Source: a virus | Lineage: Duplodnaviria; Caudoviricetes | Strand: one strand, 5' to 3' | DNA: 64,000 nucleotides | IMG/VR virus record: IMGVR_UViG_3300029288_000067 | Span: 128,001 to 192,000 of that record | In this document: positions 37,559 to 46,230 of the stretch, one piece after another | Numbering within the stretch: the stretch's first letter is position 1 | Layout of the letters: each line of letters opens with the position of its first letter | Translations under genes and position numbers: made by a program | The notes under the pieces: model-generated | Databases searched by the model: none | What the model was told of the DNA's origin: nothing | The model's input: the letters and a program-made list of their open reading frames with translations, nothing else

Positions 37559-37786
37559 CTATTTTCCCGGGAATAAAGGGGCCGAAATAAGATCTCCCCA
37601 TTCCCGTAAAACAAGCCCCTTACCCCATTTTTTTTGCAACACTTTGAAAACTGTCCACCCTAACCCCGTTATTGCCCCACGGGTTTCTATGTCTCTCCGA
37701 CAAACAAGGCATTTACACATTCTTTGTAAAGCTTCCGAAAGACCTTGTTTTTCAGTTGTCTCACAAAGGTTGCAGTATTTTATCAC
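37559..37786 (-). CDS. hypothetical double-CxxC protein
   Basis: CNLC..CLVC; GTG start at 37786 inferred. Confidence 0.4.
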   Translation of the reverse strand: MIKYCNLCETTEKQGLSEALQRMCKCLVCRRDIETRGAITGLGWTVFKVLQKKWGKGLVLREWGDLISAPLFPGK

Positions 37787-37799
37787 TATTTTTACCCTT

Positions 37800-38177
37800 T
37801 TAATGAATTCGGTACATGCGGAGGGGAAGATCAATCTTTTTCTTATCCACGGTTGCACCCCAAATCAATGCAGCAAAAAATGCCTCTACAATTTCATAGG
37901 GAGTGTCCAACCTAAATTCCCGCATAACAGGTGTTTTACCGTAGAAAGCCAAACGAAAACTATCTCCTTGCGGGGACATAAAAATATCCACATAGGGAAG
38001 ATTCTTTATTGGAATTTTATGCGGGAAGTTTTGTTGAAATCTTATAACATCCATTTTAAGAGATTTGTTTTCTTCATCAGAAAATTCAACATCTTTTAAC
38101 AAAAAGGATTTCAACTCTCCCCCGTATTTTTGTTCAATAAAGAGTCTTAATTTATGGATATAATCAACCGGGGTCAT
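37800..38177 (-). CDS. hypothetical protein
   Basis: 125 aa, in operon. Confidence 0.55.
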   Translation of the reverse strand: MTPVDYIHKLRLFIEQKYGGELKSFLLKDVEFSDEENKSLKMDVIRFQQNFPHKIPIKNLPYVDIFMSPQGDSFRLAFYGKTPVMREFRLDTPYEIVEAFFAALIWGATVDKKKIDLPLRMYRIH

Positions 38178-38373
38178 TTTCTGGTAATGGCTCCGTTACG
38201 GGCTCCCCTTCTTTTACTTTTTCCGCCAGCTTAGAAATAGAATGCTTTGGGGCCTTTTTCAGATCTGCTAAAAAGGCCCGTCTTTGTTTTCGATTCATTT
38301 GATTCATATGCTCCCGAAGAGGAATCTTAACCCCATTAGCCACATAGGACAATTCATCAATATTGATTGTCAT
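38164..38373 (-). CDS. hypothetical protein
   Basis: 69 aa, MNRKQRR motif, ATGA overlap. Confidence 0.55.
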   Translation of the reverse strand: MTINIDELSYVANGVKIPLREHMNQMNRKQRRAFLADLKKAPKHSISKLAEKVKEGEPVTEPLPENDPG

Positions 38374-38906
38374 GCTTTTGGTGCTTCCTTAACAGTAAAA
38401 GTTACTTTATACCCTAGAGCATAGTAGCTCATAAAGCGAAAGAATATGCTTCTCCAATAAATACGCATTTGATAACCATATTGAGCTTTCAATACTTCTG
38501 AAGAGGGGGGTTGTTCCCCTTTCCAACCTTTATTAAAAATGGTCACAAAATTATCAAATTGCTTGAATGATGGGGCCGATTTATCACACTCCATAAAGTA
38601 ATCATCTTTGAAAGTCCCCGAATTTCCTTTATCCAATTCCCGAATAAGAGCAATGCAGATTGCAGATTTATTCGGGAAATCAGTAATAAACTTATGATCG
38701 CCCTCAAAAACTTCCGGGGCATACAACCAACTCCCTGGAACATAATAAGACGCAGAAATAACTTCTTGCGCGGGGGGAAGGGTATCATTTGGTGGTTCCA
38801 CTTTTACAGCATATTGAACTCCCACCGGAATTTTATTCTTAACTTCCGGAACAATATTTGTTTCTTTTTGAACTTCTTTTGCAACTTCTTTTTTCTTACG
38901 AGCCAT
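38370..38906 (-). CDS. hypothetical protein
   Basis: 178 aa, GAGG RBS. Confidence 0.6.
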   Translation of the reverse strand: MARKKKEVAKEVQKETNIVPEVKNKIPVGVQYAVKVEPPNDTLPPAQEVISASYYVPGSWLYAPEVFEGDHKFITDFPNKSAICIALIRELDKGNSGTFKDDYFMECDKSAPSFKQFDNFVTIFNKGWKGEQPPSSEVLKAQYGYQMRIYWRSIFFRFMSYYALGYKVTFTVKEAPKA

Positions 38907-38917
38907 TTATATTTTCC

Positions 38918-39430
38918 TCAACTTGAAATAGATTGATTCAAAAACTCTTCGAATTTTGTAATTAAAATTCGAACATGCTCCCGGAGCAATTCCATAGACG
39001 TTGGTTCCCAAGGAACTTGCAGTAAAGTCATACCAACATCACTTAGCAATTTATCTGCTTTTCGCATGTTGCATCGTTGGCAGGATGCAACACAATTTTT
39101 GAAATGACTGGTTCCCCCTTTGGACCGGGGAATAACATGATCTATTGTGATAGAGGATTTTGTTAAATCCTTCCCACAATATTGACATCGATATCGGTCC
39201 CGCAAATAAACTGCGCGATTGGTGTATTTGAGTGGTTTCTTCACAATTTTTTGTCGATAATGCAACAACTGTAGAATATCGGGAAGTAAAAAATTTGCTT
39301 TTTTAAGATAATTCAACTTCATCGCTCTTTTCCAAGAAATAGAGCGAAGAGGTGTGAAAACTTTATCAATCAGTAAAACACTGTTTGATAGGCTATCCTG
39401 CATATTTTTCTTGGAACAATACATCCACAT
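38918..39430 (-). CDS. HNH endonuclease
   Basis: RDRYRCQYCG..TIDHVIPRSKGG..NCVASCQRCNMRK; true start may be 39403. Confidence 0.9.
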   Translation of the reverse strand: MWMYCSKKNMQDSLSNSVLLIDKVFTPLRSISWKRAMKLNYLKKANFLLPDILQLLHYRQKIVKKPLKYTNRAVYLRDRYRCQYCGKDLTKSSITIDHVIPRSKGGTSHFKNCVASCQRCNMRKADKLLSDVGMTLLQVPWEPTSMELLREHVRILITKFEEFLNQSISS

Positions 39431-39683
39431 ATTCTTTTAAGTTTGTTTTCTTCACTTGTTCGGCAATTTCAACAACTTCTTCGGGAGCTAAGTTTTCTCG
39501 AACAATTTTACACACATAATCGGGCTCAGTATAGGCATCCAGACAAAATTCATCTCTCAAATATGAAAAAGTGGGGTTGGTTGTATACAATTTCTTAATA
39601 AATGTCCCAACTTTAACAATAGCTTTGGAATCCATACTACTTTTTAATACTCCTGTTTTCTGAATAGAATTTGAATAGAACAA
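39393..39683 (-). CDS. hypothetical protein
   Basis: Start probably MDSK at ~39635. Confidence 0.5.
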   Translation of the reverse strand: MFYSNSIQKTGVLKSSMDSKAIVKVGTFIKKLYTTNPTFSYLRDEFCLDAYTEPDYVCKIVRENLAPEEVVEIAEQVKKTNLKEYVDVLFQEKYAG

Positions 39684-40125
39684 AGAACTTGAAGTAAATC
39701 AAATCTACCGCATTATCCCGGTACGTGTCAATATCTTTTGGTGTTTTGTTGGAAAAAAGAAAAGAGATGTATTTCTTCGATTGCGTGTGAGCTTCAGATG
39801 TTTTGATGAATACAAAGAAATTCTCGATTTTGGGGAGTATAGCCTCTCGATATCTTTTCCAATCTTTGAACAAATTTCCAATTTGATTTTCCTCACTACT
39901 GTTCAAAAAGGATTTGGATATTGTACATCTATATCCTTTCGGAAATTTTTCCGTGGGAAGGGTCAAGAGATACTGATAAGCCTGTAAGGGGTCCGTGAAT
40001 GTTTTACCGGCCCCAAGATAAATAACATCATTCTTTGGGGTAACCGGAACATCAATTTTTTCTTCCTCCGGAGGATCATTCACACCCAAATATGAAAAGG
40101 ACTCCATAAAGAGATTTTTATTCAT
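39637..40125 (-). CDS. hypothetical protein
   Basis: 162 aa, ATGA overlap. Confidence 0.55.
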   Translation of the reverse strand: MNKNLFMESFSYLGVNDPPEEEKIDVPVTPKNDVIYLGAGKTFTDPLQAYQYLLTLPTEKFPKGYRCTISKSFLNSSEENQIGNLFKDWKRYREAILPKIENFFVFIKTSEAHTQSKKYISFLFSNKTPKDIDTYRDNAVDLIYFKFFVLFKFYSENRSIKK

Positions 40126-40691
40126 TCAAAAACTCTTGGAATACCATTTTTACAATACACTTGATACTGTGTCGTTGGCAAAGCCTGAAACCATTTACTA
40201 ATGTTCAGCACATGTTCTTGAAAACGAGCTTCACGAGAGCTTCCAATAGCAACCATACCATATTTCGATAAAGCCACGTAACAAGAGTAAATCTTTCTAA
40301 TTTCCTTCAAATTGATATGAGACCTCAAAGAATATTCACAAACCCCCGGGCCAAATAGAGAGAAGTCCCACTCTCCTAGAGAAATATTCATATTTGGGAG
40401 GATTGCCCGTTTATTGATATTTTTGGGCATATGTCCAAAAGTTCTGCAGGTCAAAGGACGAATATCGTAAACCCCACAACCCTTCTCGGTTCGATAAGGA
40501 CACCCAGAAGTGTATTCGAATGGAGTAAAGTTCCGATACATACGGATAAGTTCCGGGAGGGTCATCCAAATGACATCGTTGGTGCAGCATTTGTTGCAAT
40601 CACTAACACAAGAAACCTGTGAGGCTTGGTCTGCCCAAGTATACAGGGTATCCAAATCTTTGTAAGTCTCCGAGAAATCGATCAATTTCAT
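40122..40691 (-). CDS. YkgJ-family cysteine-cluster protein
   Basis: CVSDCNKCC..CPY..CGVYDIRPLTCRTFG. Confidence 0.8.
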   Translation of the reverse strand: MKLIDFSETYKDLDTLYTWADQASQVSCVSDCNKCCTNDVIWMTLPELIRMYRNFTPFEYTSGCPYRTEKGCGVYDIRPLTCRTFGHMPKNINKRAILPNMNISLGEWDFSLFGPGVCEYSLRSHINLKEIRKIYSCYVALSKYGMVAIGSSREARFQEHVLNISKWFQALPTTQYQVYCKNGIPRVFE

Positions 40692-40704
40692 TTATATCTC
40701 CGTA

Positions 40705-41172
40705 TTATTTGATCCAGTTGAATGCTCTTGCACCAATAACAGGGGCAACAAATCCAAGAACAAAATTCAAATTTCTCTGAAACCGGGATCTTCGAACAGT
40801 TGTGTTCGCCTGTTTTTGCATTGCAGAGTAATTTTCATGCCATTCGGAAATAATGCTCTTATAGGAGGTAATAGATTCCCGGTAAATAGCAATAGACTCT
40901 TGTTTCATTTTGTCCAAGTCTTTATATTTATCGATCAAAGCATCCTGTAATGCCTTCATTTGTCTATAGTTCTCCAACAATTCCTTGTATTCTTTTACCA
41001 ACTCCTGATTCTTCTCGGCAGATTCCATTTTCTCTTTCATCTTATTCAATTCGGGGAGAGAGAAAAACAAACCCTCTTCCTTAGCAATAAAAGGCTTGCC
41101 CGGTTTTACCACCTCGGTTGCATAGATGGAAGAAGAAATAAAAATGAACAGCAAACACAATTTTTTAAACAT
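40705..41172 (-). CDS. exported coiled-coil protein with C-terminal TM segment (spanin-like?)
   Basis: Signal peptide MFKKLCLLFIFISSSIYA, long coiled coil, hydrophobic C-terminus. Confidence 0.5.
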   Translation of the reverse strand: MFKKLCLLFIFISSSIYATEVVKPGKPFIAKEEGLFFSLPELNKMKEKMESAEKNQELVKEYKELLENYRQMKALQDALIDKYKDLDKMKQESIAIYRESITSYKSIISEWHENYSAMQKQANTTVRRSRFQRNLNFVLGFVAPVIGARAFNWIK

Positions 41173-41178
41173 ATTTTC

Positions 41179-41544
41179 TCACTTTCCTACAATGGTATCC
41201 CAGTATTTTTTGGAGTCTTCTGCGGAGGTATCTGGAACAACCACAACAGGTTTATTCTCCACAGTAGACACTTGACCCTCTTTATCTTTGATGGTCTGAT
41301 TTAAATCAGAAACTTTGCGAGAATCCTTCTCAATCTCTTTTTCAATTTCAGCCGGTTTACTCGTCTCCGTGGGGGCAGTCGAAACCCGACCGTCCGTAAA
41401 TCCGGTTTGTACCAATAAGTCATCCGGTTTTTTCGGTACTTTGGTATTTTGAGATCTCCACCAAAAGTAGAATAACAAAACCAGAATAAAAGAGACTAAG
41501 AAGACTCCCACACCCACGTACAAATAAATAGTATTGATTGCCAT
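41179..41544 (-). CDS. N-anchored membrane protein (i-spanin-like?)
   Basis: Single N-terminal TM segment, then a charged coiled segment. Confidence 0.5.
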   Translation of the reverse strand: MAINTIYLYVGVGVFLVSFILVLLFYFWWRSQNTKVPKKPDDLLVQTGFTDGRVSTAPTETSKPAEIEKEIEKDSRKVSDLNQTIKDKEGQVSTVENKPVVVVPDTSAEDSKKYWDTIVGK

Positions 41545-42028
41545 AGTTTAGGTATTATACTCCATGTCCTAAAAGTTTTAAAGGTTTTTATTTCCTTGTA
41601 TTTTCTCCCCTTTTTTCTTATTGGAATATGAGAGAGAATTGTACGGTTAGTTTTCTTTGATTTTTTCTAAACCCCCCCAAAAAAGGGTATTCCTTGCCCC
41701 CCCCTTTAATGTAAGAGGTTGATTCAAACTCTGTGGTATCTCATGAAATATCTCTTTCCTAGCAAAATATATAAAAACCCAAAACAAATACAAAAACCTA
41801 GGAAAGAAGACAAACTCACCTCCGTACTCTATCATGAGTTTGAATCAAAGTCAACCCTAAAGATTTGCCTTTTTTAGTGCTAAACTGCACAGGTTTTGTG
41901 AGAAAAACGGAGAAGAATGTACAAAAACCTCGGCAAGAGCCCGACCCCAACCGGTTTTGTGGGGACATCTTCCAAGACAGAAATTTTCTCATTTTGCTAC
42001 GGTTTCACTCTGAATGTTAAAAACTCTT

Positions 42029-42473
42029 GGAGATCTTCATTGGGTGCATGTCTCAGCATGTTTTGATACTTAAAAAATTCAAAAGTATCTATAATGTATT
42101 ATTTTTCTGATAATATCCGGAGACTCTCATTGGATGCACATCACAGCATGTTTTGATACTTAAAAAATTCAAAAGTATCTATAATGTATTATTTTTCTGA
42201 TAATAGGCTCGGAGATCTGCATCCGGTAAGGGTCTCCATACATTTTGAGACAAATATATTCAAAGGTCTCAATAATGTATTATTTTTCTGATAATAGAGG
42301 AGATACACATTGGGTGCTGATCTCCAAAGGTTTGAGGTTTAATCAGTTAAAAAGTATCAATAATGTATTATTTTTCTGATAATAGCTGGAACCCTGCATC
42401 AGATGCACATCCCATCAAATTTTGAGACAAATATATTCAAAGGTCTCAATAATGTATTATTTTTCTGATAATA
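42029..42473. repeat. five-copy ~90-bp tandem array with invariant 25-bp core; candidate replication origin or protein-binding array
   Basis: ATAATGTATTATTTTTCTGATAATA at 42091, 42181, 42272, 42360, 42449; located at the divergent strand switch. Confidence 0.85.
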
Positions 42474-42561
42474 GGTTTTCCAGGAAAATTGAATCTCTTA
42501 TCTACATATTAATCTTCTCAGGGGTAATACCCATCAGAATTTTGTGTAAGGTAGGATTAAA

Positions 42562-44730
42562 ATGAAAAAAGATACAAAGGTTAAACAAGTGTCAAAAGCC
42601 GTTAAAATCAAGGACTCTTCCCCCACAAGAGGCTCCTATGACTCCGTAAAGGGATTACTTCCAAAAAAAATGGAAAAAACTGCATCTATTGATAATATGG
42701 TGAAAGAGGAGTTCTTTCCTTCACATTGGAAAGACAAAAAATCGGATTCAAAGTTTGCCGCAGTTGCTTTTAAAGACCCCCGGAGTAGTGCAGCATCTTC
42801 TGCCCATTTCGGCAGTATGGAAGATTTGTCTACTTTTATGGCGGGAAACGGCATTAATGTCCATCGGGACGATTTTGACACCCTAGACCTTTTTGCCCAA
42901 CACATCATCTCCCTCATCAACACGGATGTGTATTCTATTGCAAACCTGACAAAACATGAAAGATTTATTCTTTTGCGGTATTTTTATCGCAGTAATCCTA
43001 TTTTGGGTCGGGTAATCGATCTTCATACTGAAATTCCCCTCTCCAAACTTCGTCTGCAACCCCCACAAGATTGCCCAAAGATTGTGAAAGATTACATGAC
43101 GATGTTTTTCGAGAAAATATTTAATAGAATTAATTTCACGGAAGTCTTGAAAGATGTTGTATTGTTCTATCAATTGCTGGGGGAAGGTTACGCAATGGTG
43201 GATGATTACTTTGCGGAACATCCCAGAAAATTACAATCTATTGAGGATTTATCCGGAAAGAGTTTTGATTACAAGGAAGAAGATCTTAAGTTCATCGAAA
43301 AAATTGAAAAAGAGTATGAAGCGGATCCAAAGAAAGTAACCGTTGCAGACCGACAAAAATACTTTGAAAAGAAATTTTTGGGCTTTTTTACAAAGAGCTA
43401 TAATGGTCCTGATCGTCTTCGTGCTTTGAAATTTTACGATATCACAGAATACTTCACAAATGAGGAAATTGGTTTTGAGGCAATTCGGCATCGTATTTCG
43501 GATGGAGTCCAAACCATTCTTCAAGATCATAATGTAGCAAGAGATTCCCGAAATGATGATGATTATTCTGCTTTGAAGGACATGGGATATTCCAAGGGAT
43601 TCATTGAGCTTTTGAAACAAAACCGAGATTCCCGGGATATTGTTGTGGATAATGATATTTATTCCGGATTGCCCTTTTTGATTCTTTTTAAGAGATTTGA
43701 AACAACCTCTTTGGCATACCGGGTTTTAGATGCTTGTCTTGCTTGGGATGCTTCTCATAAGGCAATGAAGGCTAAAATCAAAACAATTGGACGAGTTGGA
43801 CGCATTGTTAAGGCCCCTGAGTTGGGTATTGATCAATTGAATGCTTTGGTTGCCGAAGTAAAACAAATGATCGAAGACCCAACTTATGCTGTGGTTGTGA
43901 ACTATGATCTGACGTGGGAAGAAACAAATGCTTTCTTGAAAGACGAGCTAAATCAGCTTATTGAAGCTCAAGATCGTTTGAAGCAATTGATTTCTACTGG
44001 TATGGGTATTCCTGAGTCTTTGTTGTCCGGTGAATCTCAATATACTGGGGACAATATCAAAGTAGAAATTTTGAATACCCAGTACTTTGCTTTCAAAGTT
44101 AAATTTCAAAATTTGCTGGAAGATTGTTTTATGAAACCTATGGCTTTGCGAAAAGGTTTCATTGGATTGGATGATTGGGGTAATCTCCGACTTTTCTATC
44201 CTAAACTTACTTTCAGTCTTTTGAATCTTCGCTCCTCGGAATATTTCGAGATGTTGATGAATCTTTACAACAAAGGCTCCCTCAATATCGATGTTATTTA
44301 TGATTTATTGAATTTGGACGGAGACGGCATTATTCACGCTTTGAAAGAGGATTTGTGGTCCTTGAAATCAGATAAGATGAATGTGTTGGTTGAAGATATG
44401 CTCCATGCTGCCGCTGAAAAAATGGTGCAAGACACCGATTATGCCGATAAAATCATCGAAGCTCTTGGATTGAGCAAGAAATCTTCCGTGCAACAAGCAG
44501 AAGATGAATTGAAATCCGGAGGTGGGGCAGCGGGTGGTGGATCTTCCGGGGGAGGTATGAGTATGCCTTCCGGTGGAGGAAGTATGGATATGGGAGATTT
44601 AGGGGATATGGGGGATGAAGGTGAGGCTCCTGCAGAAGGGGAGACCCCGGACTCTCCAGAACCTGAAGTGGGGGGAGGAATTCCTTCCGAACTTCCGAAA
44701 GAAAAAATTCCCGTTCCTCCGGGACAATAG
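42562..44730 (+). CDS. portal protein
   Basis: RYFYRSNPILGRVIDLHTEIPLSK..GMGIPESLLSGE..P.L.F; long Gly/acidic C-terminal tail. Confidence 0.75.
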   Translation: MKKDTKVKQVSKAVKIKDSSPTRGSYDSVKGLLPKKMEKTASIDNMVKEEFFPSHWKDKKSDSKFAAVAFKDPRSSAASSAHFGSMEDLSTFMAGNGINVHRDDFDTLDLFAQHIISLINTDVYSIANLTKHERFILLRYFYRSNPILGRVIDLHTEIPLSKLRLQPPQDCPKIVKDYMTMFFEKIFNRINFTEVLKDVVLFYQLLGEGYAMVDDYFAEHPRKLQSIEDLSGKSFDYKEEDLKFIEKIEKEYEADPKKVTVADRQKYFEKKFLGFFTKSYNGPDRLRALKFYDITEYFTNEEIGFEAIRHRISDGVQTILQDHNVARDSRNDDDYSALKDMGYSKGFIELLKQNRDSRDIVVDNDIYSGLPFLILFKRFETTSLAYRVLDACLAWDASHKAMKAKIKTIGRVGRIVKAPELGIDQLNALVAEVKQMIEDPTYAVVVNYDLTWEETNAFLKDELNQLIEAQDRLKQLISTGMGIPESLLSGESQYTGDNIKVEILNTQYFAFKVKFQNLLEDCFMKPMALRKGFIGLDDWGNLRLFYPKLTFSLLNLRSSEYFEMLMNLYNKGSLNIDVIYDLLNLDGDGIIHALKEDLWSLKSDKMNVLVEDMLHAAAEKMVQDTDYADKIIEALGLSKKSSVQQAEDELKSGGGAAGGGSSGGGMSMPSGGGSMDMGDLGDMGDEGEAPAEGETPDSPEPEVGGGIPSELPKEKIPVPPGQ

Positions 44731-44733
44731 ACA

Positions 44734-45156
44734 ATGATTACAAAGTACTCCTGCATGAAACGTAGGGCAGATGTTCCGGCAAAAATGGAGCCGGTAGAGT
44801 CTGAAGGCTACAAATTTGTGCAGGAGTATTGGGATCATAAAGCAAAATACCCTATGGTGTTGGTAGACATTGCCAAAGTAGATAAAGCGTGGTCCTTGGA
44901 TAAGGATATGTATATCGGCCCCGGAGGAACAGGTAACAATATTAAAACAAGGTATCCAGATTTCCAGAATTGGTTGAGGGAGAATCCAGAAACCCCAATT
45001 ATTATGCCCAATCTTGGATGGTCGGAATACGGGGAAAAAATTACTTTTGGAAATGGACGACATCGATTTTCAGTTCTCCGAGATATGGGTGTAAAAAAGA
45101 TTTGGGTAACAATCCCAAGGGAACAAATCAAGTTATTCAAAGAGAATTTTGCATGA
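44734..45156 (+). CDS. ParB/Srx-like domain protein with MITKYSCM leader
   Basis: IIMP..ITFGNGRHRFSVLRDMGVKKIWV. Confidence 0.65.
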   Translation: MITKYSCMKRRADVPAKMEPVESEGYKFVQEYWDHKAKYPMVLVDIAKVDKAWSLDKDMYIGPGGTGNNIKTRYPDFQNWLRENPETPIIMPNLGWSEYGEKITFGNGRHRFSVLRDMGVKKIWVTIPREQIKLFKENFA

Positions 45157-45581
45157 TTAAAAAGTATTCTTTCTTGAAAAATTCCGGCTGGGTTAAAATA
45201 TTTGAGGATTGGGAATATGAACCTAGTTCTGAACTAGATGTTGCTTTTTCAGAATATGAGACAATTAGGGATTCTTACTTGGAATCTTTCATAGAAGAAA
45301 ATAAGGAAGAAATTTTATTTAAGTTACAAAATAAATATGGTTTTCTTCCTTTTAAGAATTTTAAGGCTCTCGCAGTAAAAGAGAATTCATTACAGGGAAA
45401 TGTAGCAAAATACTTAGTTGGTACATACTCTGAGCCCCGAATTGTAATAGATATGGCAAAACATGGTGTTAATGAATTTGAAATTAAAGCATCCCTATTA
45501 CATGAGCTTTCTCATGCTATTCAAGAATCAAAAGAAGAAGACTTGAATGAAAATGACGCGGAGGATATAAATTATGATTAA
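45153..45581 (+). CDS. HEXXH zincin-like protein with MIKKYSFL leader
   Basis: Start re-called to 45153 (ATGA overlap); SLLHELSHAIQE..ENDAE. Confidence 0.6.
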   Translation: MIKKYSFLKNSGWVKIFEDWEYEPSSELDVAFSEYETIRDSYLESFIEENKEEILFKLQNKYGFLPFKNFKALAVKENSLQGNVAKYLVGTYSEPRIVIDMAKHGVNEFEIKASLLHELSHAIQESKEEDLNENDAEDINYD

Positions 45582-46194
45582 AAAGTATTCAATTCTGAAA
45601 AGAAGAGCATTGCAAGAAATCCCGCAGATTGTTCGGGATGCTTTTGTTGCACTGGGAGAAGCACAAAGGGATAAACCCGAACAAGCAATGTTGAATATTC
45701 AAAATGCTGCCGGGGGAGGAGTACTTTCTGTTGTTGTAGAACACGCGGGGGATCTTATCCATCGAATGACACATATGCTGAAATGGACCATGCGGGATAA
45801 TGCGTATCGAACGGGATATGAGTACGTTGCGGATAAGGTGGGGAAAGTTCTTCGATATCTCACAAATGAATATGGATTTGAAAGAGAAATGCAGGAAAAC
45901 ATTCGAAACAATGCAGTATATGCAAAAAAGGACCCCACAGCTTTTGCAGAGAGTGTTTATGCTCTTTTGGCAGAATATGCAAAAGAACACAAATTCTTGA
46001 AAGTTTACAACCGGGCACAATGGTTGGCAAGGGAAGCCTGTGTTGCGATTGGCAACAAAGACTTTAAAACGGCAAGATTTATTTTACGACAAATTGAAGA
46101 AAAATTAAAGACCCCGGAAGAATGGGATAATTTTGCATCGGAGTATCAGTTGAATCCCGATGGTTCCCCTATGGAATATCCTTGGAAAAAGTAA
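45574..46194 (+). CDS. hypothetical protein with MIKKYSIL leader
   Basis: 206 aa, ATGATTAA overlap. Confidence 0.75.
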   Translation: MIKKYSILKRRALQEIPQIVRDAFVALGEAQRDKPEQAMLNIQNAAGGGVLSVVVEHAGDLIHRMTHMLKWTMRDNAYRTGYEYVADKVGKVLRYLTNEYGFEREMQENIRNNAVYAKKDPTAFAESVYALLAEYAKEHKFLKVYNRAQWLAREACVAIGNKDFKTARFILRQIEEKLKTPEEWDNFASEYQLNPDGSPMEYPWKK

Positions 46195-46230
46195 TCTCGT
46201 GTTTCATTTTGTCTTTGATGGGGCTTTAAA

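Noticed and set aside
38918-39430. HNH as an intron-encoded or mobile homing element
   Set aside because: Free-standing gene; no interrupted host gene or intron structure seen
41647-41835. 62-aa ORF in the divergence region
   Set aside because: Low-complexity, homopolymer-rich sequence with no clear RBS; probably non-coding
42029-42473. CRISPR array
   Set aside because: The ~64-nt inter-repeat segments are homologous to each other (two pairs are partly identical) rather than unique spacers, and there is no cas operon nearby
21598-42518. TTAATCTTCT upstream of both the tail tube (21598-21607, minus) and portal (42509-42518, plus) genes as a late promoter
   Set aside because: Only two copies of an AT-rich 10-mer; cannot be distinguished from chance without a genome-wide search
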